NCBI GenBank assembly: GCA_963772955.1
Contig: CAVYZF010000011.1
Span: forward strand, 571,025 to 635,024
Source of the DNA: an uncultured Acidobacteriota bacterium
Lineage (GTDB): Bacteria; Acidobacteriota; Vicinamibacteria; Vicinamibacterales; UBA2999
DNA: 64,000 nucleotides
Direction of reading: 5' to 3'
Part shown: positions 21,003 to 29,022 of the stretch, piece by piece
How positions within the stretch are numbered: the stretch's first letter is position 1
Layout of the letters: every line of letters begins with the position of its first letter
Program-made: the position numbers and the translations under genes
Notes under the pieces: model-generated
The model's input: the letters and a program-made list of their open reading frames with translations, nothing else
What the model was told of the DNA's origin: nothing
The model's database searches: none

Positions 21003-22660
21003 GCACGCCGCTGCCGATGCCCGCGCCCGATCCGCAGCCGTTGTGGTACAAAGACGCCGTCATCTACCAGCTGCACGTCAAAACGTTTGCGGACAGCAAC
21101 GGCGATGGCATCGGCGACTTCAAGGGACTGTCGAGCAAACTCGACTACCTCGCGGACCTCGGCGTCACCTGCCTGTGGCTTCTGCCGATGTATCCGTCGC
21201 CGTTTCGCGACGACGGATACGACATCGCGGACTACTACAGCATTCATCAGAGTTACGGCACACTCGATGATTTTCGCGAGTTCCTCGCTGCCGCTCACGC
21301 CCGTCGCCTGCGCGTCGTCACGGAGCTGGTGCTCAATCACACGTCCGATCAGCACGCGTGGTTCAAGGAAGCACGCTCGTCGCGCGACAACCCTCGACGC
21401 GACTGGTACGTCTGGAGCGACACGGACGATCGCTACCGGAACGTCCGCATCATCTTCGTCGACATCGAGCGCTCGAACTGGGCGTGGGATCCTGAATCCA
21501 AAGCGTACTACTGGCATCGCTTCTTCAGCCACCAGCCGGATCTGAACTACGACAACCCGGCGGTCCGCGAAGAGATGTGGAACGTGATGCACTTCTGGCT
21601 CGGGCTCGGCGTCGACGGGTTCCGGGTCGACGCGGTGCCGTATCTGATCGAGCGCGAGAACACGAGCTGCGAGGGGTTGCCGGAAACGCATGAGGTGATC
21701 AGGTTCCTGCGCGGAAAGCTCAACGAGCACTTTCCCGATCGCATGCTCCTGGCTGAGGCGAATCAGCCACCCGAGCTCGTGCGCTCGTACTTCGGCGAGG
21801 GCGACGAGTTCCACATGGCGTTTCACTTCCCGCTGATGACGCGCATGTTCATGGCGGTCCGCCTCGAGGACCGCAAGCCGCTCGTCGAAATCATCGAACG
21901 CACACCGGAGATTCCGGAGAGCTGCCAGTGGGGCATCTTCCTTCGCAACCACGACGAGCTGACACTCGAGATGGTGACCGACGTCGAACGCGCGTACATG
22001 ATCGACGAGTACGCGCGTGACCCCGCATCGCGCATCTACCTCGGAATACGGCGGCGGCTGGCGCCGCTGCTCGACGGCGATCGCCGGCGCATCGAGTTGA
22101 TGAACGGGATGCTGATGTCGATGCCGGGCAGCCCCATCGTCTACTACGGCGACGAGATCGGCATGGGGGACAACATCTACCTGGGCGACCGCAACGGCGT
22201 GCGAACGCCGATGCAGTGGAGCGGTGGATGGAACGCCGGCTTTTCCTCGACCGATCCCGAGCGCCTGGCGCAGCCACTCATCTCCAATCCCCTGTTTGGC
22301 TATCAAATCGTCAACGTCGAATCACAGAAGCGCTCGGAACACTCTCTCTTGAACTGGATGCGCCGGCTGATCGCCGTGCGGCAATCATCGACCGTCTTCA
22401 GCCGCGGCAAGACGACGTTCCTGAAGCCGGCGAACCATCGCGTGCTGGCGTACCTGAGAACGCTCGGCAAGGAACAGGTGCTCTGCGTCTACAACCTGTC
22501 GAGCAGCGCGCAGGCGGTCGAGCTCGAGCTGGAGTCGCTCGCCGGCGCCCTTCCGATCGAGATGTTCGGACGAAGCCTCTTCCCCCGCATAGGCGAGTTG
22601 CCGTACATGCTCACCTTGGGTCCATACGCGTTCTTCTGGTTCAAGTTGCGACGTCTCTAA
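20999..22660 (+). CDS. treS: trehalose synthase / maltose alpha-D-glucosyltransferase (GH13, no maltokinase domain)
   Basis: 553 aa. Motifs WYKDAVIYQLHVKTFADSNGDGIGDF, LNHTSDQHAWF, GFRVDAVPYL and FLRNHDELTLEMV. Confidence 0.85.
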   Translation: MSTPLPMPAPDPQPLWYKDAVIYQLHVKTFADSNGDGIGDFKGLSSKLDYLADLGVTCLWLLPMYPSPFRDDGYDIADYYSIHQSYGTLDDFREFLAAAHARRLRVVTELVLNHTSDQHAWFKEARSSRDNPRRDWYVWSDTDDRYRNVRIIFVDIERSNWAWDPESKAYYWHRFFSHQPDLNYDNPAVREEMWNVMHFWLGLGVDGFRVDAVPYLIERENTSCEGLPETHEVIRFLRGKLNEHFPDRMLLAEANQPPELVRSYFGEGDEFHMAFHFPLMTRMFMAVRLEDRKPLVEIIERTPEIPESCQWGIFLRNHDELTLEMVTDVERAYMIDEYARDPASRIYLGIRRRLAPLLDGDRRRIELMNGMLMSMPGSPIVYYGDEIGMGDNIYLGDRNGVRTPMQWSGGWNAGFSSTDPERLAQPLISNPLFGYQIVNVESQKRSEHSLLNWMRRLIAVRQSSTVFSRGKTTFLKPANHRVLAYLRTLGKEQVLCVYNLSSSAQAVELELESLAGALPIEMFGRSLFPRIGELPYMLTLGPYAFFWFKLRRL

Positions 22661-22672
22661 CGCGGGTAGGTT

Positions 22673-23947
22673 GTGGCGCAGGACAGCGTGCTCTCGGATG
22701 AACTGCTGCATCACCTGATGGCTGTCGGCCACGTCGATGTCCTCGTCGGCGTGCCCACGCTGAACAACGCCTCCACCGTGCGCCCGGTCGTGAGGGCCGT
22801 TCATCAGGCCTTCTCCAGGTACTTCCCACGCGACCGCACCGTCCTCATCAACTCCGACGGCGGATCCGACGATGGGACGCCAGGAATCGTCCGAAACGCA
22901 TCGGTCGACGACACGGACACCGTCACCGTGTCCCACTCGCTGCGGACGATGCACCGGATCAGCACGCCGTATCACGGCGTTCCCGGAAAAGGGAACGCAT
23001 TGCGGCAGATCATGACGGCGGCGGAGCTCACGCAAGCGCGAGCCGTGGCCGTGCTGAACGCGGATGTCACGGGGATCACACCGGAAGGAGTCGCGGCGTT
23101 GGTCCGGCCCGTTCGCGATCAGCAGTTCGACTACGTCGCACCGGTATATCAGCGTCATCCCCTCGAGGGCCCGCTCGTCACGCAGCTCGTGCGGCCGTTG
23201 ATGCGCGCGGCGTACGGCTGGCAGGTGCGCGAGCCGCTCGCGCCGGAGTTCGGCTGCTCGAATCGGTTCGTCATGCACTGTCTCGAACAGGATGTGTGGG
23301 ACAGCGAGCTCGGTCGCGTCGGCATCGATCTGTGGGTCACCGCGGAGGCTCTCGCGAAGGGCTTCAAGTCTTGTCAGGCCGGCCTCAGCCCTCATCCCGC
23401 AACGTCGCCGCGCACGCCATTCGGAGAGTTGTTCGCACAGGTGGTGGAGTCGGCGTTCGCGTGCCTCGAGCGGCACGCGCCGTATTGGCAGGCACGAAAC
23501 GGATCCGAACCCATGCTCATGGCGAGCCCGCCGCCGAGTGCGACCATCGAGCCGCCCGCCGTCGACGGCACGCGACTGACCGAGACGTTTGCGAAGGACG
23601 TCGAGAGCCTTCAATCCGTACTCGAGTCCATCGTGAGCGAAGCGACGCTGGCCAGCCTGGACGCGCTGGCCGAGAGGCAGCCGGCGCGACTGCGGTATCC
23701 GGATGCGTTATGGGTCTCGACGGTCTACGAGTTCCTGCTCGCATATCGCAGCGGCGTCATGAGACGCGACCACATCGTTCGGGCGCTCGCGCCGTTGTAT
23801 CTGGGGCGGACCGGATCCTTCCTCCGGCAGTACGCCACGTCACCTGAGGCAGAGGTGGACGAGGCTCTTGAAAACCTGTGCCGCGAATTCGAACGGTCGA
23901 AGCCCGACCTGATTCAGCGCTGGAACCAATCGAGGACCCTGCGTTGA
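22673..23947 (+). CDS. GT-A fold glycosyltransferase, specificity unknown
   Basis: 424 aa, 12 nt after treS. VDVLVGVPTLNNASTVRPVV followed by NSDGGSDDGT is typical of GT2-like nucleotide-sugar binding domains. Confidence 0.55.
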   Translation: MAQDSVLSDELLHHLMAVGHVDVLVGVPTLNNASTVRPVVRAVHQAFSRYFPRDRTVLINSDGGSDDGTPGIVRNASVDDTDTVTVSHSLRTMHRISTPYHGVPGKGNALRQIMTAAELTQARAVAVLNADVTGITPEGVAALVRPVRDQQFDYVAPVYQRHPLEGPLVTQLVRPLMRAAYGWQVREPLAPEFGCSNRFVMHCLEQDVWDSELGRVGIDLWVTAEALAKGFKSCQAGLSPHPATSPRTPFGELFAQVVESAFACLERHAPYWQARNGSEPMLMASPPPSATIEPPAVDGTRLTETFAKDVESLQSVLESIVSEATLASLDALAERQPARLRYPDALWVSTVYEFLLAYRSGVMRRDHIVRALAPLYLGRTGSFLRQYATSPEAEVDEALENLCREFERSKPDLIQRWNQSRTLR

Positions 23948-24017
23948 TGCCCGGCAGAGTCCTCGACTGGTTCCGTATCTTTTGGCGCGCGCTTGGCGCG
24001 CGAGCCCGAGGTGAGTC

Positions 24018-24719
24018 ATGGCTCAGATGATCGCGAACGCCATCAGGCAGGCCGGTACGAACTTCGTCGAATCACTCGCCCTCTTTCTGCCCCGCGTGGT
24101 CACGACTCTGGCCATCATCGCCGTGGGATGGCTGATCGCCATGCTGCTGCGGACAATCGTCCGCGCCGTGGCCGGATGGCTGCGGATTAACGTCGCGGCA
24201 GAGCGTTTCGGCGTAGCGCCTCTGCTGAAGACGGCCGACCTTCCTCCAGCCGACGCCCTGCTTGGCGCCATCGTTTTCTGGCTCGTGTGGCTGGGGTTTC
24301 TGCTGTCGGGCATCGATGTGCTCGGGTTCACGTCTCTTCAGGGACTGCTCGCCAGCTTCTGGGCGTTCGTCCCCCGCCTGCTGCTCGCCGTCGTGATCCT
24401 CATCATTGGATTTGTGGTGGCGAACTTCGCGTGGCGCGCTACTCTGTTGGCAGCCGTCAACGGGCGCGTACCCTCACCCCGCCTGCTGAGTGGCGCCGTT
24501 CGCTGGTTGATTCTGATCCTGACCGGCGCGATGGCACTCGAGCAGATCGCGGTGGCTCGAACGGTGGTCCTGACGGCGTTCGCGATCGCGTTCGGCGCGT
24601 TGAGTCTGGCGGTGGCGATCGCGTTTGGCATCGGGGGCGGAGGCATCGCCAAGCGAATCCTGGAGCACCAGTTCCCGGAGCAGCAGCGGTCGAGCGCCGA
24701 TGAAATCTCGCACCTCTAG
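24018..24719 (+). CDS. membrane protein with repeated conserved TM helices (MscS-associated TM_helix type)
   Basis: 233 aa. Four to five hydrophobic helices with a repeating pattern (LAIIAVGWLIAMLLR, LLAVVILIIGFVVANF, LILILTGAMALEQI). Confidence 0.5.
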   Translation: MAQMIANAIRQAGTNFVESLALFLPRVVTTLAIIAVGWLIAMLLRTIVRAVAGWLRINVAAERFGVAPLLKTADLPPADALLGAIVFWLVWLGFLLSGIDVLGFTSLQGLLASFWAFVPRLLLAVVILIIGFVVANFAWRATLLAAVNGRVPSPRLLSGAVRWLILILTGAMALEQIAVARTVVLTAFAIAFGALSLAVAIAFGIGGGGIAKRILEHQFPEQQRSSADEISHL

Positions 24720-25039
24720 CCGCCGCGCAAGCTGGCACATAGATTGAAGAAGCGTGCAATATGACGGTCCGTGTTGAGAAACTCCAGGCTCCTACTCCAT
24801 CGCTGTTCGCGCTGGCGGTGCTGGGACTCCTGTCGACTACGACAGCGGTCTTCGTGCGCTGGTGGCAACAGCCAACGACCATGGTCATGAGCGAGGACTG
24901 GCTGAACGATCAGGCTCGCTTCGACTCCAAACGGGGCTCATACTAGGCTGGTCCTCCCGCAGGATTCCCCCCACGACTATGGGAGTGCCGTGTCCGGGCG
25001 TCGAAGTTTTAGACTAATGCGGGGACTCTTTCAGCCCGC

Positions 25040-26197
25040 ATGGCCGACGCCGCTACCTACGCCACGATGATTCCGCTCGCAGCAGCTGCTCTTGCGGCCG
25101 CTGTCGCTGTCTGGCTGCTCCTGCGAGTGGCCACGCGGTCCATCGACCGCTTCGCGGCGCGGCACGAGCACGCGGAACTGTTCGAGGAAGCCGCCGCCTT
25201 CGCCAAGCGGCTGACACGATTCGTCCGGTCGACGCTCTGGTTCATCGCGTTCCTGGCCGCCAGCCTGGTGATGCTGCGGGGGCTGGGCGTCCGCGGAACG
25301 CCGAGGTTGTCGCTCGAAGAGCTGGTGGCCTGGCTCCTTGGCCCAGGGCTTCGGCTCATCGTCATCGCCACGAGCGCGTATCTCATCGCCCGCGGCACGC
25401 ACTTCCTGATCGACAGCCTGCAGATCTTTCTCGTCTCGCGTGACGCCAGCGAGATGGGTGTGCTGGAGCGGAAGAAGCGAATCCAGACGCTCGGTCAGCT
25501 CCTGCGTGTGGTCGCGACGCTCCTCGTCGTCGGCGTCGCCACGTTGATGGCGCTGTCGCTCTTCAACGTCGACATTCGTCCGATTCTGACCGGCGCCGGC
25601 ATCGCCGGCCTCGCAGTGGGCTTTGGCGCGCAGAACCTCGTTCGCGACATCATCGCGGGATTCTTCCTGATTCTCGAAGATCAAGTCCGTCTCGGAGACG
25701 TCGTCTCGATCAACGGCAAGTCGGGTCTCGTCGAGGCCATCCGTCTAAGGACGATTGCGCTGCGCGGCCAGGACGGCACCGTGCACGTCATCCCCAACGG
25801 CGTGATCAACGAGCTCTCCAACATGACGAAGGACTATTCGTACGCGGTGCTCGACATCGGGATCCCGTACGAGGAGAACGTCGACAAGGTCGAGGCCATC
25901 CTGCGATCGGTGGCCGAAGAACTGCGGTCTGACCCGGTCCATGGACCCACTATCCTCGAGCCGCTCGAAGTCGTCGGCGTCGAAGCGTTCGGCGAGTCGT
26001 CGATCCTGTTCCGTGTTCGGATCAAGACGGTGCCCATCCAACAGTGGGGAGTCGGACGCGAGCTCCGCCGCCGAATCAAGACCGCGTTCGAAAAACGCGG
26101 CGTGCAGTTCCCACCGAGACCCGTCACCGTTCGACTGAAGACCGCAAGCGGGTCGACGCACGATGAGGAACACACGTCCGCCGCCGAGAAGGTCTGA
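25040..26197 (+). CDS. mechanosensitive ion channel family protein (MscS-like)
   Basis: 385 aa. Has TM helices followed by GFGAQNLVRDIIAGFFLILEDQVRLGDVVSINGKSGLVEAIRLRTIALRGQDGTVHVIPNG, the MscS beta-domain signature. Confidence 0.88.
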   Translation: MADAATYATMIPLAAAALAAAVAVWLLLRVATRSIDRFAARHEHAELFEEAAAFAKRLTRFVRSTLWFIAFLAASLVMLRGLGVRGTPRLSLEELVAWLLGPGLRLIVIATSAYLIARGTHFLIDSLQIFLVSRDASEMGVLERKKRIQTLGQLLRVVATLLVVGVATLMALSLFNVDIRPILTGAGIAGLAVGFGAQNLVRDIIAGFFLILEDQVRLGDVVSINGKSGLVEAIRLRTIALRGQDGTVHVIPNGVINELSNMTKDYSYAVLDIGIPYEENVDKVEAILRSVAEELRSDPVHGPTILEPLEVVGVEAFGESSILFRVRIKTVPIQQWGVGRELRRRIKTAFEKRGVQFPPRPVTVRLKTASGSTHDEEHTSAAEKV

Positions 26198-26383
26198 ATG
26201 GACGACTCCTTTACCGTCACCTGTCCGTACTGCGGAGAGGAAGTCGAGATCTACATCGAGCCCGACGTGCGCGGCACGTTCGTCCAGGACTGCGAGGTGT
26301 GCTGCAATCCCTGGCGCGTCCGCGTCTATCGCGGCGATGGCGAGCGCTATGTCGATCTCCAGCGCGCCGACGGTTCCGAGTAG
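26198..26383 (+). CDS. CPXCG motif-containing cysteine-rich small protein
   Basis: 61 aa. CPYCG ... CEVCCNPW zinc-ribbon pattern. Starts directly after the mscS stop. Confidence 0.75.
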   Translation: MDDSFTVTCPYCGEEVEIYIEPDVRGTFVQDCEVCCNPWRVRVYRGDGERYVDLQRADGSE

Positions 26384-26392
26384 AATCGCGCC

Positions 26393-27541
26393 ATGACCGT
26401 CGTCGATCGAGCCGCCGCGCTGGTCCCGATGCTCGCGGAGCTGGCACCCAAAGCGGAACAGGCGCGGCGCGTGTCGGACGAGAGCCTCGATGCGCTCAGC
26501 GAGGCTGGCGTCTTCCTGATGACGGCGCCCAGGCGCCATGGCGGCGCCGAGGCGAACTTCCAGACGCAGTGCGACGTGCTGGCGCACATCGCTCGCGGGT
26601 GTCCGTCCACCTCATGGGTGGCAACGATCTACAGCGCTATGTCGTGGCTGGCCGCGACGTTTCCCGATCAGGCGCAGGAGGAGATCTACGCGGACGGCGA
26701 CCCGCGCATCAGCGGCGTCTTCGCCCCAACCGGGACCGCCACGAAAAAGGACGGAGGCCTCGTCGTCAACGGACGGTGGGGCTTCAACACCGGGTGCCAT
26801 GGGGCGAAGTGGACGGTGTTGAACGCGGTGGTCGGCTCAGGTGCCGACGCAGTGCCGACGTGCGTCCTCGCACGAAGCAGCGACCTCACCATCGTGGACG
26901 ACTGGTACGCGACCGGGATGTCCGCGACGGGAAGCAACACGATCGTGGCCGAGAACGTGTTCGTCCCCGGTCATCGGTGTATGTCGCTTCCCGACATGCT
27001 CGAGGCGCGCTATCCACCAAACCGGCACAATGCGGCCAATCCGTATTTCAACTATCCGTTGTCTCCCGTGCTGACGGTGAACGCGGGCGGCACGCCGCTC
27101 GGCATGGCGCAAGGCGCGCTCGAGACGTTCCGCGATCGCCTGCCGGGACGCGGCATCGCCTACACGTTTTACACGAACAAGTCGGAAGCGGCCGTCACGC
27201 ACCTGCAGGTCGCGGAAGCCGTCCTGACACTCGACTCCGCGGACGCCCACGTGCGCAAGGCATCGGCTCTCCTCGATGGGCTCACGAGTGGTCCGATGTC
27301 GGTCGACGCGCGCATCCGGTCGCGGGCCCACATCGCGTATGCGATGGGACTCGCGCGCCAGGCGGTGGACACGCTCTTTTACGCGAGCGGCGCGTCGTCC
27401 ATCCAGGCGCATGTGCCGATTCAGCGTTTCCAGCGCGACGTGCAGGCGCTCGCGAACCACGCGATCATGCACACGCAGACCGCGCTCGAACTATACGGGC
27501 GCGTGTTGTGCGGGTTGCCTCCGAACACCCCGATCTTCTGA
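26393..27541 (+). CDS. acyl-CoA dehydrogenase-fold flavoenzyme (type-2 ACAD / flavin monooxygenase-like)
   Basis: 382 aa. RRVSDESLDALSEAGVFLMTAPRRHGG and the C-terminal IQRFQRDVQALANHA motif are typical of this family. Confidence 0.7.
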   Translation: MTVVDRAAALVPMLAELAPKAEQARRVSDESLDALSEAGVFLMTAPRRHGGAEANFQTQCDVLAHIARGCPSTSWVATIYSAMSWLAATFPDQAQEEIYADGDPRISGVFAPTGTATKKDGGLVVNGRWGFNTGCHGAKWTVLNAVVGSGADAVPTCVLARSSDLTIVDDWYATGMSATGSNTIVAENVFVPGHRCMSLPDMLEARYPPNRHNAANPYFNYPLSPVLTVNAGGTPLGMAQGALETFRDRLPGRGIAYTFYTNKSEAAVTHLQVAEAVLTLDSADAHVRKASALLDGLTSGPMSVDARIRSRAHIAYAMGLARQAVDTLFYASGASSIQAHVPIQRFQRDVQALANHAIMHTQTALELYGRVLCGLPPNTPIF

Positions 27542-27546
27542 CGCAC

Positions 27547-29022
27547 GTGGCGCGACAGGCTCGAGGCTCTGCCCCCTGCGACCCGTTGCCGTGGCGGAGG
27601 CGAGTATCCTGGCGTGATCCGGCAAGCGTGTTCACAGGCGTCGCGCTGATCGTTGGCGCGCTGCTGGTCGGTGTCACGCCACCATTCCAGGTGCCGGACG
27701 AGCCAAACCATTTTTACCGCGCCTTTCAGGTCTCCGAAGGCCGACTCGTGCCTCAGAAGACCTCGACTTCCGTAGGTGGTCTGTTGCCGCGGAGCCTTCA
27801 GGAACTCTCTCGTGACGTCATGGGAAATGTTCCGTTCAACCCCGAGGTCAAACAGGACCTCACGGCCTGGGCGCGTGCGTTCGAGATGCCTCTCCGTTCA
27901 GACGATCGAATCGACACTCCCTTTCCGAACACCGCACTGTCGGGCCCGATCGCCTACGTGCCGCAGGCGATCGGGATCAACTTCGCCCGGATCGTCGGGG
28001 CGTCGGCACTCATGGTGTTCTACTGGGGGCGCATTTCAACTCTGTTGCTCTGCGTTGCGGTCACCGCTGTAGCGATTCGCTGCCTCCCGATTCGACGATG
28101 GACCTGCGTACTGCTGTCACTCTTGCCGATGACCGTGTTCGTTCGCTCGTCGTTGTCTTCCGATGGGCCAACGCTGGCGCTCGCGATGCTTGCTCTGGCG
28201 ATCTGTCTCAAGCCCGCCGATCTCGGCGCGCCCGCGGTCGATCCGCAAGGACGACGTCGGCTCTTCGGCGTTGCCGCGCTGCTGGCTCTAGGCAAGCCCC
28301 CGTATGGGTTAGTCACCTTACTCGCCCTGGCGACGCCCTCACGCCTTCTCGGTGGGCTGAAGCCGTGGGTGTCCACGATGCTGGCGCTGGCGGTCACAAT
28401 CGTCGCCCTGCAGGGGGCGTGGGGGCTCGCCATGCGTGGCAAGACCGTCGTCTCGGCGCCTGGTGCCGATCCCCAGGCGCAGTTGAAACACGTACGCGAA
28501 CAACCGCTGGACGTTGCGAGTTTCCTCGTGAAGGACTTTCTTCACAGCATCCCAAGGCTGACCCATGAGGCGCTGGGTGTATTGGGTTGGCTCGATGCAG
28601 CCGTCCCGAGACCCGTCGCGCTGTTCCTCGGAATGCTGATCGTTCTCGTCGCACTCGGCGAGCCCGGTCTGCCGCCGATGTGCGCAGGTTTTCGCTGGCT
28701 CGCCTTGTCGATCGGTATCGCTGGCGCACTGGCGCTACAGGTGCTGAACTTCGTCTGGTGGACGCCGCCCGATGCGCCGTCTGTCGCAGGTATTCAGGGC
28801 AGACATCTTCTCGCCTTCGTTCCGTTTCTGTTCGTGGCAATTGACTCGCCGGATTGGATCGCGCGCCCTCTCTCGCGCCTGCGTCCAATCTTCATCGTCG
28901 CCTTCCTCGTTGTAAGCGCAACTGCGACGCTGCTGACGGTCGTCAATCGCTACTACGAGCCAGCGGCGTCGAGCAGCCTCGAGACGCTTCCGAGCAGGGC
29001 GTCGGCGGCGAACGGCTTCTGA
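27547..29022 (+). CDS. DUF2142-type polytopic membrane protein (glycosyltransferase-C-like)
   Basis: Only the downstream part of the 907-aa ORF is credible. It has the PPFQVPDEPNHFYRAFQVSEG motif and more than 10 TM helices. The start is uncertain (in-frame GTG at 27547 or 27628). Confidence 0.65.
   Translation: MARQARGSAPCDPLPWRRRVSWRDPASVFTGVALIVGALLVGVTPPFQVPDEPNHFYRAFQVSEGRLVPQKTSTSVGGLLPRSLQELSRDVMGNVPFNPEVKQDLTAWARAFEMPLRSDDRIDTPFPNTALSGPIAYVPQAIGINFARIVGASALMVFYWGRISTLLLCVAVTAVAIRCLPIRRWTCVLLSLLPMTVFVRSSLSSDGPTLALAMLALAICLKPADLGAPAVDPQGRRRLFGVAALLALGKPPYGLVTLLALATPSRLLGGLKPWVSTMLALAVTIVALQGAWGLAMRGKTVVSAPGADPQAQLKHVREQPLDVASFLVKDFLHSIPRLTHEALGVLGWLDAAVPRPVALFLGMLIVLVALGEPGLPPMCAGFRWLALSIGIAGALALQVLNFVWWTPPDAPSVAGIQGRHLLAFVPFLFVAIDSPDWIARPLSRLRPIFIVAFLVVSATATLLTVVNRYYEPAASSSLETLPSRASAANGF

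Noticed and set aside
24761-24946. 61-aa ORF with one hydrophobic helix, between the TM-helix protein and the MscS gene.
   Set aside because: No motif, no clear ribosome-binding site and no coupling to neighbours. It may be real but cannot be supported.
26299-27546. Upstream 416 codons of the 907-aa ORF 26299..29022.
   Set aside because: It is an out-of-frame overlap of the CPXCG and ACAD-like genes with Arg-rich composition. Only the part after the ACAD stop has membrane-protein character and the DUF2142 motif.
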